DNA from: an uncultured Candidatus Saccharibacteria bacterium | Lineage (GTDB): Bacteria; Patescibacteriota; Dojkabacteria; CAZCSM01 | Direction of reading: 5' to 3' | Length of the DNA: 64,000 nucleotides | Assembly (NCBI GenBank): GCA_964501355.1 | Contig: CAZCSM010000007.1 | Span: 1,096 to 65,095, forward strand | Shown here: positions 54,297 through 63,989 of the stretch, in pieces | Layout of the letters: each line of letters starts with the position of its first letter | Numbering within the stretch: position 1 is the first letter of the stretch | Translations under genes and position numbers: made by a program | Notes under the pieces: model-generated | What the model saw: only the letters and a program-made list of their open reading frames with translations | Database searches by the model: none | Told to the model about the DNA's origin: nothing

Positions 54297-55829
54297 TTAT
54301 AAAATCAATCCAGTCGCCGCAAAGAGCAGTGCAATAAGTAATAATATTAAAATTGGAATGTGGCTCGCGGATTCTCCACCCTTTCTCTTTATGCCTTTTT
54401 TCCAAAGAACAACAACATCAATAACCGCTAGAATTAAAAGGAAAATACCTATAAACACATTGAGTTTAGAAATTGGAGAAGATTGTACGAAAAAACCGAT
54501 AACTCTTTCCACAAGTTCAGCAAAAATAGATTTTTCTTCATCTCCCGTCTGCGGAAGTTCATCTAAAGGTTCATCCACGTGATCAAGATCAGGAATTGTT
54601 ACGTCTACCAACGATTCATTTCCCGCTTCATCTGAAATAATTATTGTGAAGACACGCCCGGCCTCTTCCAATAGAGTTCCTTCCGGATTGAATTCCGCTG
54701 ACCAGACACCCTCCTCTGTTTCCTCCAAATTAACAGAATAGGCGCCAAGGACGGCCACAACACTGGTCGGATCACCATCTATTGTAATTGAGAATTTGTA
54801 ATTTGAATCCTTTTCATTCCAGGAAATCAATTCGAAGCTATCTTCTTTTGCAGTTGGAGCAACTGTATCGACAGTAACCATAACATCTTCTGATCTATTA
54901 CTCACATTTCCCGCAGCATCTTTTGCAGTAGCACCTAAAACATGTTCGCCGTCTGCTACATTTTCATAGTTATAATCAAAAGCACCACCATCTGCGTTTA
55001 ATGTTCCTACTCTCTCTTCGCCATCATAAATTGCAACTTCAGATCCACCTTCGGCAAGACCCTTTATAGCAAACTCCGAAGTGTTTAACAAAGATCCGTT
55101 TGCCGGTTCTGTAATTACAGGTTTATCCGGTGCTGTCGTATCCTTTGGTGGAGTTGGAACAGGAGTCGGTTCCGGAGTTGGCTCAGGTTCTGGCTCAGGT
55201 TGTGGAGGAGTTGGTTCAGGTTGTGGCTCCGGTTCAGGCGTTGGCTCTGGTTCCGGCTCAGGTGCAGGAGGAATGTATTCCGAACCAAACATCTGGACAA
55301 CAATTATCGTTTCTTTTCCATCAAAAATGCCTGAAATCGCAGCAATTCCAATGTCATTATAATTTACATTAATAATATTATCTCTGTGCGTTGGACTGTT
55401 CATCCAGGCGGTATGAATCGGATCAGTCGATGTAAAGTCCTTTGCTAAGTTCTCACCAGCGTAAATATAATTGTATCCAGCGGCTTTAATAAACTGCCAA
55501 GGCGTCTCTCCATTTGGGCCATAATGCGCCCAATACTGTTTGGCGAACATATCTTCACCTTTCGCCTGTGCAGCTGCAATAAGCCTTGAATCCGTCTTCA
55601 ACGTATTTAGTCCTCTGGCAACTCTTTCTGAATTTGCAAGTTCGATTAATCGATTTACGTCAATAGAAGAAGCGGCAGCCTGTTTTGCACCACCGAAAAA
55701 TACAATCGAAAATGAATTTATTATTAGAAGGAATACAATGAATACAGAGAGAACGGAACGTTTAAAAACGTGTGGTTGATAATTATTATCTTTATTTGGA
55801 AATAAAAAGTTCTTAATACGTTTCGTCAT
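54297..55829 (-). CDS. CAP/SCP-domain surface protein with a Pro-Glu linker, Ig-like domains and LPQTG
   Basis: N..R..GL, YWAH, AGENLA and WMNSPTHRDNI (CAP domain); PEPEP linker; DAAGN; ELPQTGDEE plus TM helices. Confidence 0.9.
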   Translation of the reverse strand: MTKRIKNFLFPNKDNNYQPHVFKRSVLSVFIVFLLIINSFSIVFFGGAKQAAASSIDVNRLIELANSERVARGLNTLKTDSRLIAAAQAKGEDMFAKQYWAHYGPNGETPWQFIKAAGYNYIYAGENLAKDFTSTDPIHTAWMNSPTHRDNIINVNYNDIGIAAISGIFDGKETIIVVQMFGSEYIPPAPEPEPEPTPEPEPQPEPTPPQPEPEPEPTPEPTPVPTPPKDTTAPDKPVITEPANGSLLNTSEFAIKGLAEGGSEVAIYDGEERVGTLNADGGAFDYNYENVADGEHVLGATAKDAAGNVSNRSEDVMVTVDTVAPTAKEDSFELISWNEKDSNYKFSITIDGDPTSVVAVLGAYSVNLEETEEGVWSAEFNPEGTLLEEAGRVFTIIISDEAGNESLVDVTIPDLDHVDEPLDELPQTGDEEKSIFAELVERVIGFFVQSSPISKLNVFIGIFLLILAVIDVVVLWKKGIKRKGGESASHIPILILLLIALLFAATGLIL

Positions 55830-55886
55830 ATTCTGGGCAGAAATCTACTAATATCATTGTAAAGAGAATTGAACATTTAATCAACA

Positions 55887-55917
55887 AATGCGCAAGAGGC
55901 ATCGCCTCTTGCGCATT
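55887..55917. terminator. Strong hairpin, probable terminator
   Basis: aatgcgcaagaggc-atc-gcctcttgcgcatt just after the stop of 55931-58225. Confidence 0.6.
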
Positions 55918-55930
55918 AAATCTTTATGAT

Positions 55931-58225
55931 TTATTTATCTGAATCATCCTTTTCATCATCATCAAGATGAACAAGTCTTGCATCAACAATCTTTTCCTTT
56001 AACCAGACTAATACGCTGATTAAGAACATAAGTCCGACGAAGATCAATACTCCACCAACACAAATCTGTACGAATATATTGCTTGTGACATTTGAAAATA
56101 CGGTTGAAGCAGAATCCTTTGCATTATTGAAAAATTCTTTCAACTTTGCACCAAAGCTTTCTCCCGTTTCTTCTGATTCTCCCTGATTCTCGACGACGTC
56201 TTCACTATCTTGATCCTCAGAATTCTCCTCACCCACTTCTTCCGTAACTTCGGTTCCTGTAACGACATCTTCGCCGGCACCTTTCCCGACATATTGATAT
56301 TCGTAAATATCATCTGCTGTAGCGACAACTGTTGCAGATTCGCCTAAGATTGCACCGCTTGCAATAACAGGACTTATTACGGATGTATTTCCTAAATCAT
56401 CGACGGCTTCGATTGCATAATAGTAACCAGAGCCGGCATCAAGTCCTGTATCCGTCCAACTTGGATTGTGAGTTTGTACAATTAGATTATTTGCATTTGG
56501 TACAAAGTTCGGAACTGTGCTTCGATAAATATTTACATGATCAAAATCATAATCGCTTGGATCAGTCCATCTTAATGTTGCTTGATTTTCTCCATCTAAC
56601 AATATTGCAGGTTCATTCCATTCGATTGGAGAAACAGTTGTATCTTTAACAACTGTAAATTTTACCGCCTTTGAATAAAATTCTAAGTCTGCACTAACTG
56701 ACTTTACGGCGTATACCATAGCTAAGTTTGAACCTTCTGCCAATGGCATCTCGAAACTAAATACGGTTGAATTATTTGGCTCTACAACGTATGCGGAAGT
56801 TACGGAATTCAATTTGATTCCATATCCTGCAAGTTTCGTTCCGGAGACTCGAACAGTGCCTTCATTCGTTCTCTTTACATAAACAAGATTTTTTACAGAC
56901 TCGACTTTAGTATCATAGATAACCAAATCATGAACTTTACTGAAACAATAATTTTCTTCAGTACCCAAAGTCCCGTCACATTCAGATGAGAAAACATCTA
57001 CCGTAACAGCACTTTCAAGATTTTCAACTGACGGAACTCCAACCGTTCTTTCAACTCGATAAACGTCTTTTCCCTTTACATTCACACCTTCCAAAAGTAC
57101 ACCATTTAATCGAACATCGACCCTGTCTAAATTAGTGACCCCTATCTTATTTCTATATGCATCTCGTGCTTCAAAAACAATCTCTAAATCGCCACTTTCG
57201 ACTTCTACATAATTGGCATCAACTCCGTCTTTTGTAACGGACAAAGTAGAATTTGCTGCAACAGCAGAAGAAGCTTTTACAACAACATTAAAATCAGCAC
57301 TATCTGAGAAGCCATCTTCCGAAGCAACGGTAACACTTAATGTGTAATTTCCTGCAGTTTCCATAACGCCGCTTTCAATTACCCAGACATTACTCTTTAA
57401 ATTCGGATCTACTAATAATGTCCCACCATCAAATGCTGCAGTAACTGTTTCGAATTCTTCAGCTTCATAAGAGAAAACCATTCTCTCACCAGCATTGTAC
57501 GTTAATGGAAAAAATACAGATTCATCAAGAACAGGGAATACAACTTTATAACCAACCGAGTAAAAACTTTCTTGCTCAATTGTTATAGAAGAATAATAGA
57601 TAGAATCTTTCTCGCTGAATACAGGTTTATATGACGATTTGTTTTCTCCAGGAATTGGCATACAATTTTCAAAATCAACAACATCATTATCGTCAACTGC
57701 ACAGTCTTTATACCAATTATAAGCTAATTCTAATTCGGGAACCGAATCAGCTGGTGTGACCGTACTTACAAGATTTCCATTCCCATCAGCTTTAACATCA
57801 ACAGTAATTTCTGGAGTAGCAACAACTGTGAAATCTTTATTTGCTTTTGCATAGTAAACAACAGCAGAATCTAATTTATTAGCTGCTGTCACATAGACAA
57901 AATGAGTACTCAATACTGCAGGAGTATATGTTAACGTATTAAAAACTCCGCAGGAAGGATCATCTACCAGATTATCATTATTGAGATCACAGTCAACATC
58001 AGACCAAATTTGCGAAAGATCATAATCGTCTTCATCGAAATTCACATTTTCGACAGGAATCAATTCATATGACAACACTCCGGAAGATTCAGTTATTTCT
58101 ACTGTAAAAGAGGGTTGTACTTCTTGTGCAAATATTGGCATTACAGCTCCAAACATTTGGAGATATGATCCTGCCAGACAGCCAAGAAGAACCTTTGCGT
58201 AGAGAGTTCTTTTGTTCTTGTTCAT
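55931..58225 (-). CDS. Secreted/surface protein with an FN3-like domain and C-terminal TM
   Basis: Signal peptide, beta-rich body, LRWTDP...NIYRS...WTDTGL..YYYAIEAVD.LGN, acidic linker and TM. Confidence 0.8.
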   Translation of the reverse strand: MNKNKRTLYAKVLLGCLAGSYLQMFGAVMPIFAQEVQPSFTVEITESSGVLSYELIPVENVNFDEDDYDLSQIWSDVDCDLNNDNLVDDPSCGVFNTLTYTPAVLSTHFVYVTAANKLDSAVVYYAKANKDFTVVATPEITVDVKADGNGNLVSTVTPADSVPELELAYNWYKDCAVDDNDVVDFENCMPIPGENKSSYKPVFSEKDSIYYSSITIEQESFYSVGYKVVFPVLDESVFFPLTYNAGERMVFSYEAEEFETVTAAFDGGTLLVDPNLKSNVWVIESGVMETAGNYTLSVTVASEDGFSDSADFNVVVKASSAVAANSTLSVTKDGVDANYVEVESGDLEIVFEARDAYRNKIGVTNLDRVDVRLNGVLLEGVNVKGKDVYRVERTVGVPSVENLESAVTVDVFSSECDGTLGTEENYCFSKVHDLVIYDTKVESVKNLVYVKRTNEGTVRVSGTKLAGYGIKLNSVTSAYVVEPNNSTVFSFEMPLAEGSNLAMVYAVKSVSADLEFYSKAVKFTVVKDTTVSPIEWNEPAILLDGENQATLRWTDPSDYDFDHVNIYRSTVPNFVPNANNLIVQTHNPSWTDTGLDAGSGYYYAIEAVDDLGNTSVISPVIASGAILGESATVVATADDIYEYQYVGKGAGEDVVTGTEVTEEVGEENSEDQDSEDVVENQGESEETGESFGAKLKEFFNNAKDSASTVFSNVTSNIFVQICVGGVLIFVGLMFLISVLVWLKEKIVDARLVHLDDDEKDDSDK

Positions 58226-58373
58226 TTTGGAAAATTTGATATAAAAAATAAAAACTGCACAATAACCAAATAGGTTTTATGGGGCAGTTTTTTAATTAAG
58301 TGTTAACACTAAGATACACACTCAGAGGAAAGTATGTCAAGGGAAATCTCTTACTTTCTTTTCTTCTTTTTTT

Positions 58374-58505
58374 GTTACCTGGATTTCGGTTGTTAGACGT
58401 TGAAGTCTGAAACAACAGATGTCGGTTGCTATCTGTTTCAAGGTCGTGCTTGGAGGACGTTCTGTTGTTTCAGAAATTTTGGTTACTTTTGTTTGCAAAA
58501 GTAAC
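58374..58505. repeat. Structured intergenic element, family A copy 3
   Basis: tctgaaacaacaga/tctgttgtttcaga stem and gttacttttg-ttg-caaaagtaac hairpin. Confidence 0.85.
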
Positions 58506-58513
58506 AGAACTAT

Positions 58514-59269
58514 TTATCTTCCCAGCATATCCTTCACAATCGAACTTCCAATATTCGCAGCAAAGTCGCCGGATCTCAACCCACCATGTTCACCCTGATT
58601 AGCACCGGAGGCTTCCCAGATTCTATTCGCCATTCGAGAGAAAGGAAGTGTTTGCAAATAAACTTTTCCAGGACCTGTCAAGAGTGCAAAGAATAAACCT
58701 TCGCCACCAAACAGAGTTCTCTTAAACCCACCGACAAACTTAATATCATAATTAACAGTTGATTCGAAAGCCACGATACAACCGGTATCAACACGAACTG
58801 ATTCACCTGCTTTAAGTTCCATCTCAACAAAATTGCCGCCGGCATGAATAAAGGCAGAGCCGTTTCCTGTTAAGCTTTCCAAAATGAAACCTTCTCCGCC
58901 GAAAAATCCGGCACCAAGTCTTTTCGTCAGCGCAATATCAACATTCACACCTTCCGTACAGCAAAGGAAAGAATCTCTCTGGCAAAGAATTTCTGTTCCA
59001 TTTATTTTTACCACTTGAAGTTTGCCCGGAAACGGCGAAGCGAAACCAACTTCTCCACCATTTTCACCAGCTTGGAAAGTTGTCATGAATAAACTTTCAC
59101 CACCAAACACTCTTTTTATTCCGCCCATTAGCCCACCCTTCATTTCAGCCTCCATTTCTACTGCACCTCGCATATACATCATAGATCCGGCTTCCGCGTA
59201 CATCTTTTCTCCCTTATCTAAATTCACCACAAGAGCCTGCATATTGTCACCAAGAGTTTGCGTCTTCAT
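58514..59269 (-). CDS. AIM24 / TIGR00266 family protein
   Basis: AEAGSMMYM, GGESLF, GFFGGEGF, VDTGCIVAF and LTGPGKVYLQTLP; start trimmed to MKTQTLG. Confidence 0.92.
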   Translation of the reverse strand: MKTQTLGDNMQALVVNLDKGEKMYAEAGSMMYMRGAVEMEAEMKGGLMGGIKRVFGGESLFMTTFQAGENGGEVGFASPFPGKLQVVKINGTEILCQRDSFLCCTEGVNVDIALTKRLGAGFFGGEGFILESLTGNGSAFIHAGGNFVEMELKAGESVRVDTGCIVAFESTVNYDIKFVGGFKRTLFGGEGLFFALLTGPGKVYLQTLPFSRMANRIWEASGANQGEHGGLRSGDFAANIGSSIVKDMLGR

Positions 59270-59401
59270 TTCTAAAAATTTCGAATAAATTACTACTAAT
59301 AATTTATAACAGAAGAGATGAGAAAACAAATTTAAAGAAAGGGTTTCGAATTTTGAATAACGAGTAATGAAGATCTTTCGGAAAGTTGTGTTTCTGTCTT
59401 T

Positions 59402-59532
59402 GTTACCTGTATTCGGTTGTTAGCAGTCGAAGTCTGAAACAAGTGATTCCGGTTGCTATCTGTTTCAAGGTCGTGCTTGGAGGGAGTTCACTTGTTTCAG
59501 GACTTTTGCATACTTTTGGTCACAAAAGTATG
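59402..59532. repeat. Structured intergenic element, family A copy 4
   Basis: ctgaaacaagtga/tcacttgtttcag stem; terminal hairpin co-varied to catacttttg-gtca-caaaagtatg. Confidence 0.85.
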
Positions 59533-59609
59533 AGAGAATAAAACCTTCTTTCTACAAATTTAATAATCACCCGATATTATTAGGACAACCTATTTAACAA
59601 ATGTAATCC

Positions 59610-60119
59610 ATGAAAGCACTCTTTATTATTGCACCAAAAGATTTCCGAGACGAAGAACTCTTCGAACCATATCGAGTATTAGAAACAGCCGGAGTTGGAA
59701 TATCCGTTGCATCACTTAGAATAACAATCGCAGAAGGAATCATGGGTGGAGTTCAGCCAATCGATTTGGACATTGATGATGTAAACGTTGACGATTACGA
59801 TGCGATAATCTTCGTCGGCGGGCCCGGAGCAAAAATTTATTTCAATCACTCGCAAGCTCAATTTATTGCACAGGATGCAAATGTCAAAAAGAAAGTAATT
59901 GGAGCAATCTGTGTGGCACCATCAATCCTTGCAAATGCTGGAGTATTGAACGGGAAAAAAGCGACGTGTTTCTCTTCAGAAGTTCCAAAATTAGAAGAAA
60001 AAGGTGCTCTTGTGCAAAAAGATCAGGATATTGTCGTTGATGGGAATATCGTAACAGCATCCGGACCGGAAGTGGCAAGAGAGTTTGGGGAGAAAGTTTT
60101 GGAAGTGATGAAGAAGTAA
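59610..60119 (+). CDS. DJ-1/PfpI family protein
   Basis: FRDEE, YDAIIFVGG, GAICVAP (nucleophile elbow) and VVDGNIVTA. Confidence 0.93.
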   Translation: MKALFIIAPKDFRDEELFEPYRVLETAGVGISVASLRITIAEGIMGGVQPIDLDIDDVNVDDYDAIIFVGGPGAKIYFNHSQAQFIAQDANVKKKVIGAICVAPSILANAGVLNGKKATCFSSEVPKLEEKGALVQKDQDIVVDGNIVTASGPEVAREFGEKVLEVMKK

Positions 60120-60123
60120 GAAT

Positions 60124-60378
60124 TTAAATTTCTTCAAACCTACCAGTGTAAACATCCGCATCATTGCGGAAATTACGGACTAATCCCACCTCTTGTCCAT
60201 TTGCAAATACAACATAATCGTGCCGACCATCGGCCCGAGAAACACCTTTGATAGTAACCCAATAACCGCATTTCAATTCGAAGAGCGTATTCCCTCCGTA
60301 TGACAAATCCTCAATATCAGCTCCGGGAAGATCCGGATCGTAGAAATAATCCCGGTAGATTTGATTAAGTGAAGTCAT
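60124..60378 (-). CDS. Hypothetical protein
   Basis: 84 aa ORF filling the intergenic space; no recognised motif. Confidence 0.5.
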   Translation of the reverse strand: MTSLNQIYRDYFYDPDLPGADIEDLSYGGNTLFELKCGYWVTIKGVSRADGRHDYVVFANGQEVGLVRNFRNDADVYTGRFEEI

Positions 60379-60530
60379 TGTTTGCAGACATAAACTTTCA
60401 GCGATTATTGAATTTTACAGTTCAGATAATTAAATTTGCATAAAATAGAATCTCAAAGGGAATATTTAGACGTCATCAAGCCTTAAGTGGCTTAAGAATT
60501 CGGAAAGGAAGTTTTGGAAGTGATTAATAG

Positions 60531-61289
60531 TTAAAGTCTTCTGATTTTCTGCAGAAGTTCAACAACGGAAGGTTTATAACCGCCAAGATTATTCAGATAG
60601 TTTTTTAAAGCATTCTCTTCCACAAAGATGATTTTCTTCATCTCCTCGTCAGCATTTGAAAAAAGTTGACTCAGTTGATTGCTATTTACTGCCAAGTCCG
60701 TGAAAGTAATCACTATTACATTGCCAGTGTTTGAAAGAACGAGCCCCAGAATTTCAATGCTTCGTATGTCCAAATCACCAATCCCAAGCTCCTCACAAAG
60801 CTCCGATTTATCCTTCTCTAACAAAGAACTCCCATCTTTAAATTCGAAATCTTCCAAAATGCCACCAATAAAGTCTATATCCGTTGGGGTAACAGATTTA
60901 CCAGATCGTAGCCCAAATACATATTTTCCATCCAAAGTTCTGACCGGACCACCAATCGCCATTCCTTTTCCATAAAAATCCTCGCCATATTCAGATAGGA
61001 TATCTGATAGTCCCGCTAGAGAACGACGAATATTGTACTTAATCTCCGCAACTTCCAATTTTACAGCATCATCAACTTCGGTAACCGTATTCAAACGATA
61101 AGACGTCCCATTAAAAAGAGTTCTACCTTCCCGATCGGCCCACGACTTCAGCTCTTTCCACTTCTCTTCAACCATTTGGTCAATTTGGGGATTCGTTCTT
61201 CTGTTTGATTCAACGACATCAACCTTCAACTTTGAGGAATCAATAGGACCAACAAAAAGAACTTTGGGTTCAATCATAACCGGAAACAT
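60531..61289 (-). CDS. Nudix-like hypothetical protein
   Basis: LFNG..YRL, TLDGKYVFGLRS and a degenerate Nudix box FIGG...SELCEELG. Confidence 0.7.
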   Translation of the reverse strand: MFPVMIEPKVLFVGPIDSSKLKVDVVESNRRTNPQIDQMVEEKWKELKSWADREGRTLFNGTSYRLNTVTEVDDAVKLEVAEIKYNIRRSLAGLSDILSEYGEDFYGKGMAIGGPVRTLDGKYVFGLRSGKSVTPTDIDFIGGILEDFEFKDGSSLLEKDKSELCEELGIGDLDIRSIEILGLVLSNTGNVIVITFTDLAVNSNQLSQLFSNADEEMKKIIFVEENALKNYLNNLGGYKPSVVELLQKIRRL

Positions 61290-61307
61290 CTAAATTATTT
61301 TCAAACA

Positions 61308-62567
61308 TCAATGACTAGCTCCGTTTCCCGCCACATATCCACTACTCCACGCCCATTGCAGATTATACCCGCCACTATCACCCGCAATATCAACAACCTC
61401 ACCGCAAAAATGAAGACCCGGAACAATTTTCGATTCCATAGTTTTAGGATTAATTTCCGTAACGGAAACACCGCCCATTGTAAACTGAGCTTCATCCCAG
61501 CTTCGAACAGAGACTATTTTAAATTTGTACTTTTTCAATAAATCAACAATCGCCAATCTATCTGCCTTTGAAATCTCCCCTGCTTTTTTGGAAATATCAT
61601 ACCCGGCGAATTCCAGAATTGCCGGAGCAATCTTCTTTTGCATTAAACCAACAAAGCTGAAGCCCAAAGATTTTTTCGGATTAGCTTCCCACCGATCACG
61701 AAGAATTGAATCTAGTGTATTCTTGTCATACTGTGGAAAGAAATCAAGAAATACATCAACGGATGGTTTGTTTTCCAAGTTTAGTACTCTTGAAATTTCA
61801 AAGCTCAAACGCATAATTGCCCAAGCCGATAAGCCAAAATGAGTAAAAAGAACCGTGCCTTCATCTTCCGAAAGTCTTGCGTCACCATCATATGCTGAAA
61901 CTCCGGCTTCAATCTTTACCCCCTGAAGTTTGTTCACAAGAGGCTTGAATGGAGAATCTACATCCAGACCGGATGATACAGGGTATAAGTCCTCAATCGT
62001 ATGACCGAGATTCTTGGCGAAAGAGTAACCATCGCCAGAACTACCAAAAGCAGAATAAGTTTTTCCACCAGTAGCGATAATAACCTTATCCGATTTTAAA
62101 ATTTTACCGTTAAACAAATGCGTTACAAATTCATCTCCAACCTTTTTTATCTCTGTAACTTTTGACTGGAATAAAATCTCAACGCCGAGACTTTCCAGTT
62201 CATATGTCAAAACATCAAGAACAGAATCCGCTTGATCAGAAAGAGGAAAAACACGCCCCTTATCCTCAACCTTGGTTTCCAGTCCGAGTGAGTGGAAGAA
62301 ATCTAATGTATCCCAATTGGAAAATTGCGCAAAAACCGAGGCTGCAAACTTGGGAAACTTGCCGTGATAATTTTCCCATGATACTTCCTGATTTGAGAGA
62401 TTACACCGGCCATTTCCGGAAATTAAAATCTTTTTCCCAAGTTCATTCTTCTTTTCTAAAATAGTTACCTTCGCACCATTTCTCGCTGCAACAATTGCAG
62501 CTGTCATGCCGGCAGGACCGCCACCGATTATAACAATGCTTAATTTTGATTGTTTAATGTTTTTCAT
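61308..62567 (-). CDS. HI0933/YhiN (BaiN-like) flavoprotein
   Basis: GGGPAG, GKKILISGNGRCN, GRVFP, ATGG, LFTHFGLS, TMGGV and GGYNLQWAWSSG. Confidence 0.95.
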   Translation of the reverse strand: MKNIKQSKLSIVIIGGGPAGMTAAIVAARNGAKVTILEKKNELGKKILISGNGRCNLSNQEVSWENYHGKFPKFAASVFAQFSNWDTLDFFHSLGLETKVEDKGRVFPLSDQADSVLDVLTYELESLGVEILFQSKVTEIKKVGDEFVTHLFNGKILKSDKVIIATGGKTYSAFGSSGDGYSFAKNLGHTIEDLYPVSSGLDVDSPFKPLVNKLQGVKIEAGVSAYDGDARLSEDEGTVLFTHFGLSAWAIMRLSFEISRVLNLENKPSVDVFLDFFPQYDKNTLDSILRDRWEANPKKSLGFSFVGLMQKKIAPAILEFAGYDISKKAGEISKADRLAIVDLLKKYKFKIVSVRSWDEAQFTMGGVSVTEINPKTMESKIVPGLHFCGEVVDIAGDSGGYNLQWAWSSGYVAGNGASH

Positions 62568-62602
62568 TTATAAAACAGCTTTTCAAATATTCTTTTCCTT
62601 TT

Positions 62603-62718
62603 GGGGTCTGGGGGGATGTATGTTTTCTCGGGTAAAGATAAATTCATTATTTCAAAATACAAACGGAAAATGCTACATCCTCCCAGCACTTTTGGTTACT
62701 TTTTGTGTAAAAAGTAAC
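62603..62718. repeat. Structured intergenic element, family B copy 2
   Basis: ggggt-ctggggggatgta...tacatcctcccag, then ttttg-gttacttttt-gtgt-aaaaagtaac. Confidence 0.8.
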
Positions 62719-62733
62719 AGAACTTTTCAGAGC

Positions 62734-62769
62734 AAACCTCACCCTACCCCTCTCCTATTAGGAGAGGGA
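62734..62769. repeat. cctcaccc...ggagaggg hairpin repeat
   Basis: aacctcaccctacccctctcctattaggagaggga. Confidence 0.6.
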
Positions 62770-62783
62770 ACAGCACTCTACCT

Positions 62784-63989
62784 TCAATTCACTTCGGCAA
62801 CAGTATTATCTTTCAATAAAAATCCCAATATCAAATAACCAATAGATGCAATTAAGAACAGAACCCAATATTCATAATTCAGAAAAATCAAAACTGCTGC
62901 AACAATCGACATCAATGTCCTACCGATATCAAGAGCTACCTCCCGTATTATAACAGGCCACATCGGATTGTCATGCTTTGCATCAGCATACACAATAACG
63001 TCAATTGGAACTGAATAAGCTGTGCGGAAAAGACTGAAGAGCGAATCTAAAAAGAATATGTGTAGACCATTCTGAACAAACAGCTTTCCAATCCAGATAA
63101 TTCCATTAAACACAGCGCTAAACTTATCAATTCCGCCAACCTTCTTTTCATCAGACAACTTACCGATAAAGTATGTGAAGATGGCTAATGCGAGTGAAAT
63201 GGATGATGATAAAACCCCAAGTTTCAAAATATTGTTAATGAAGAGGAAGATGAATATTCCCCAAACAACATCTTGAATTATACTTTCAAAACCAATTACA
63301 AAATAATCTGGAAAAAGCCTTTTCTCTTTTTCATACTCTTTCCGAAAATCTCTTGTATTAATATCACCAATATCCAAATCAAGTTCTCCAAAGTTCAAAG
63401 CAATTGAAGAGAGAACAAACATGAAGAATGCAATCACAAAAAGAACGTTGTATCCTCCGAAATCTTCAATGATCAATGCGGAAAGCGTAGGACTAACAAT
63501 ACCGATTATCGAACCTACAATACTTAGAAATCCCATCTGCTTCCCCATTGTGTCCGATTTGTTCTTTACGGAAAAAACAGTATGGTACGGAATCCAATAA
63601 ATATTTGTCATTATCGCTGCTGTGAAAATGTTGGGAATTAGCCACCACAGATTGTTTTGAGAAAGGGCATAAAGAGAAATCGAGATTGCGGACAAAGCAG
63701 ATCCTGTGATTAATAAAGTCTTTGAGCCGATTTTATTAACAAGTTTTGCAACAGGGATAATCGTTATGAATTTCACAAGGTAGATTGCTGCTTGGCGGAG
63801 AAGAACTAAAGCAAAGGATGTTGTTTCTGAAAACCCAAAAGCTTTGAACACGTTAAAAAGAAAAATATTTCCGAAAATTCCAAGGAAGCTATATCCAAAA
63901 TTTCGGAGGATTGATCCCAAATAAAGAAACTTCGGAACACCGTCTGTTACTTTTGATAAGAAGTGATCACTACGAAACCGAGTACTCAT
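62784..63989 (-). CDS. MFS transporter
   Basis: About 12 TM segments; AKLVNKIGSK and GKLSDEKK loops resemble MFS motif A. Confidence 0.85.
   Translation of the reverse strand: MSTRFRSDHFLSKVTDGVPKFLYLGSILRNFGYSFLGIFGNIFLFNVFKAFGFSETTSFALVLLRQAAIYLVKFITIIPVAKLVNKIGSKTLLITGSALSAISISLYALSQNNLWWLIPNIFTAAIMTNIYWIPYHTVFSVKNKSDTMGKQMGFLSIVGSIIGIVSPTLSALIIEDFGGYNVLFVIAFFMFVLSSIALNFGELDLDIGDINTRDFRKEYEKEKRLFPDYFVIGFESIIQDVVWGIFIFLFINNILKLGVLSSSISLALAIFTYFIGKLSDEKKVGGIDKFSAVFNGIIWIGKLFVQNGLHIFFLDSLFSLFRTAYSVPIDVIVYADAKHDNPMWPVIIREVALDIGRTLMSIVAAVLIFLNYEYWVLFLIASIGYLILGFLLKDNTVAEVN

Noticed and set aside
55081-55362. Gly-Ser-rich plus-strand ORF
   Set aside because: It is the antisense reading of the Pro-Glu linker of the CAP protein.
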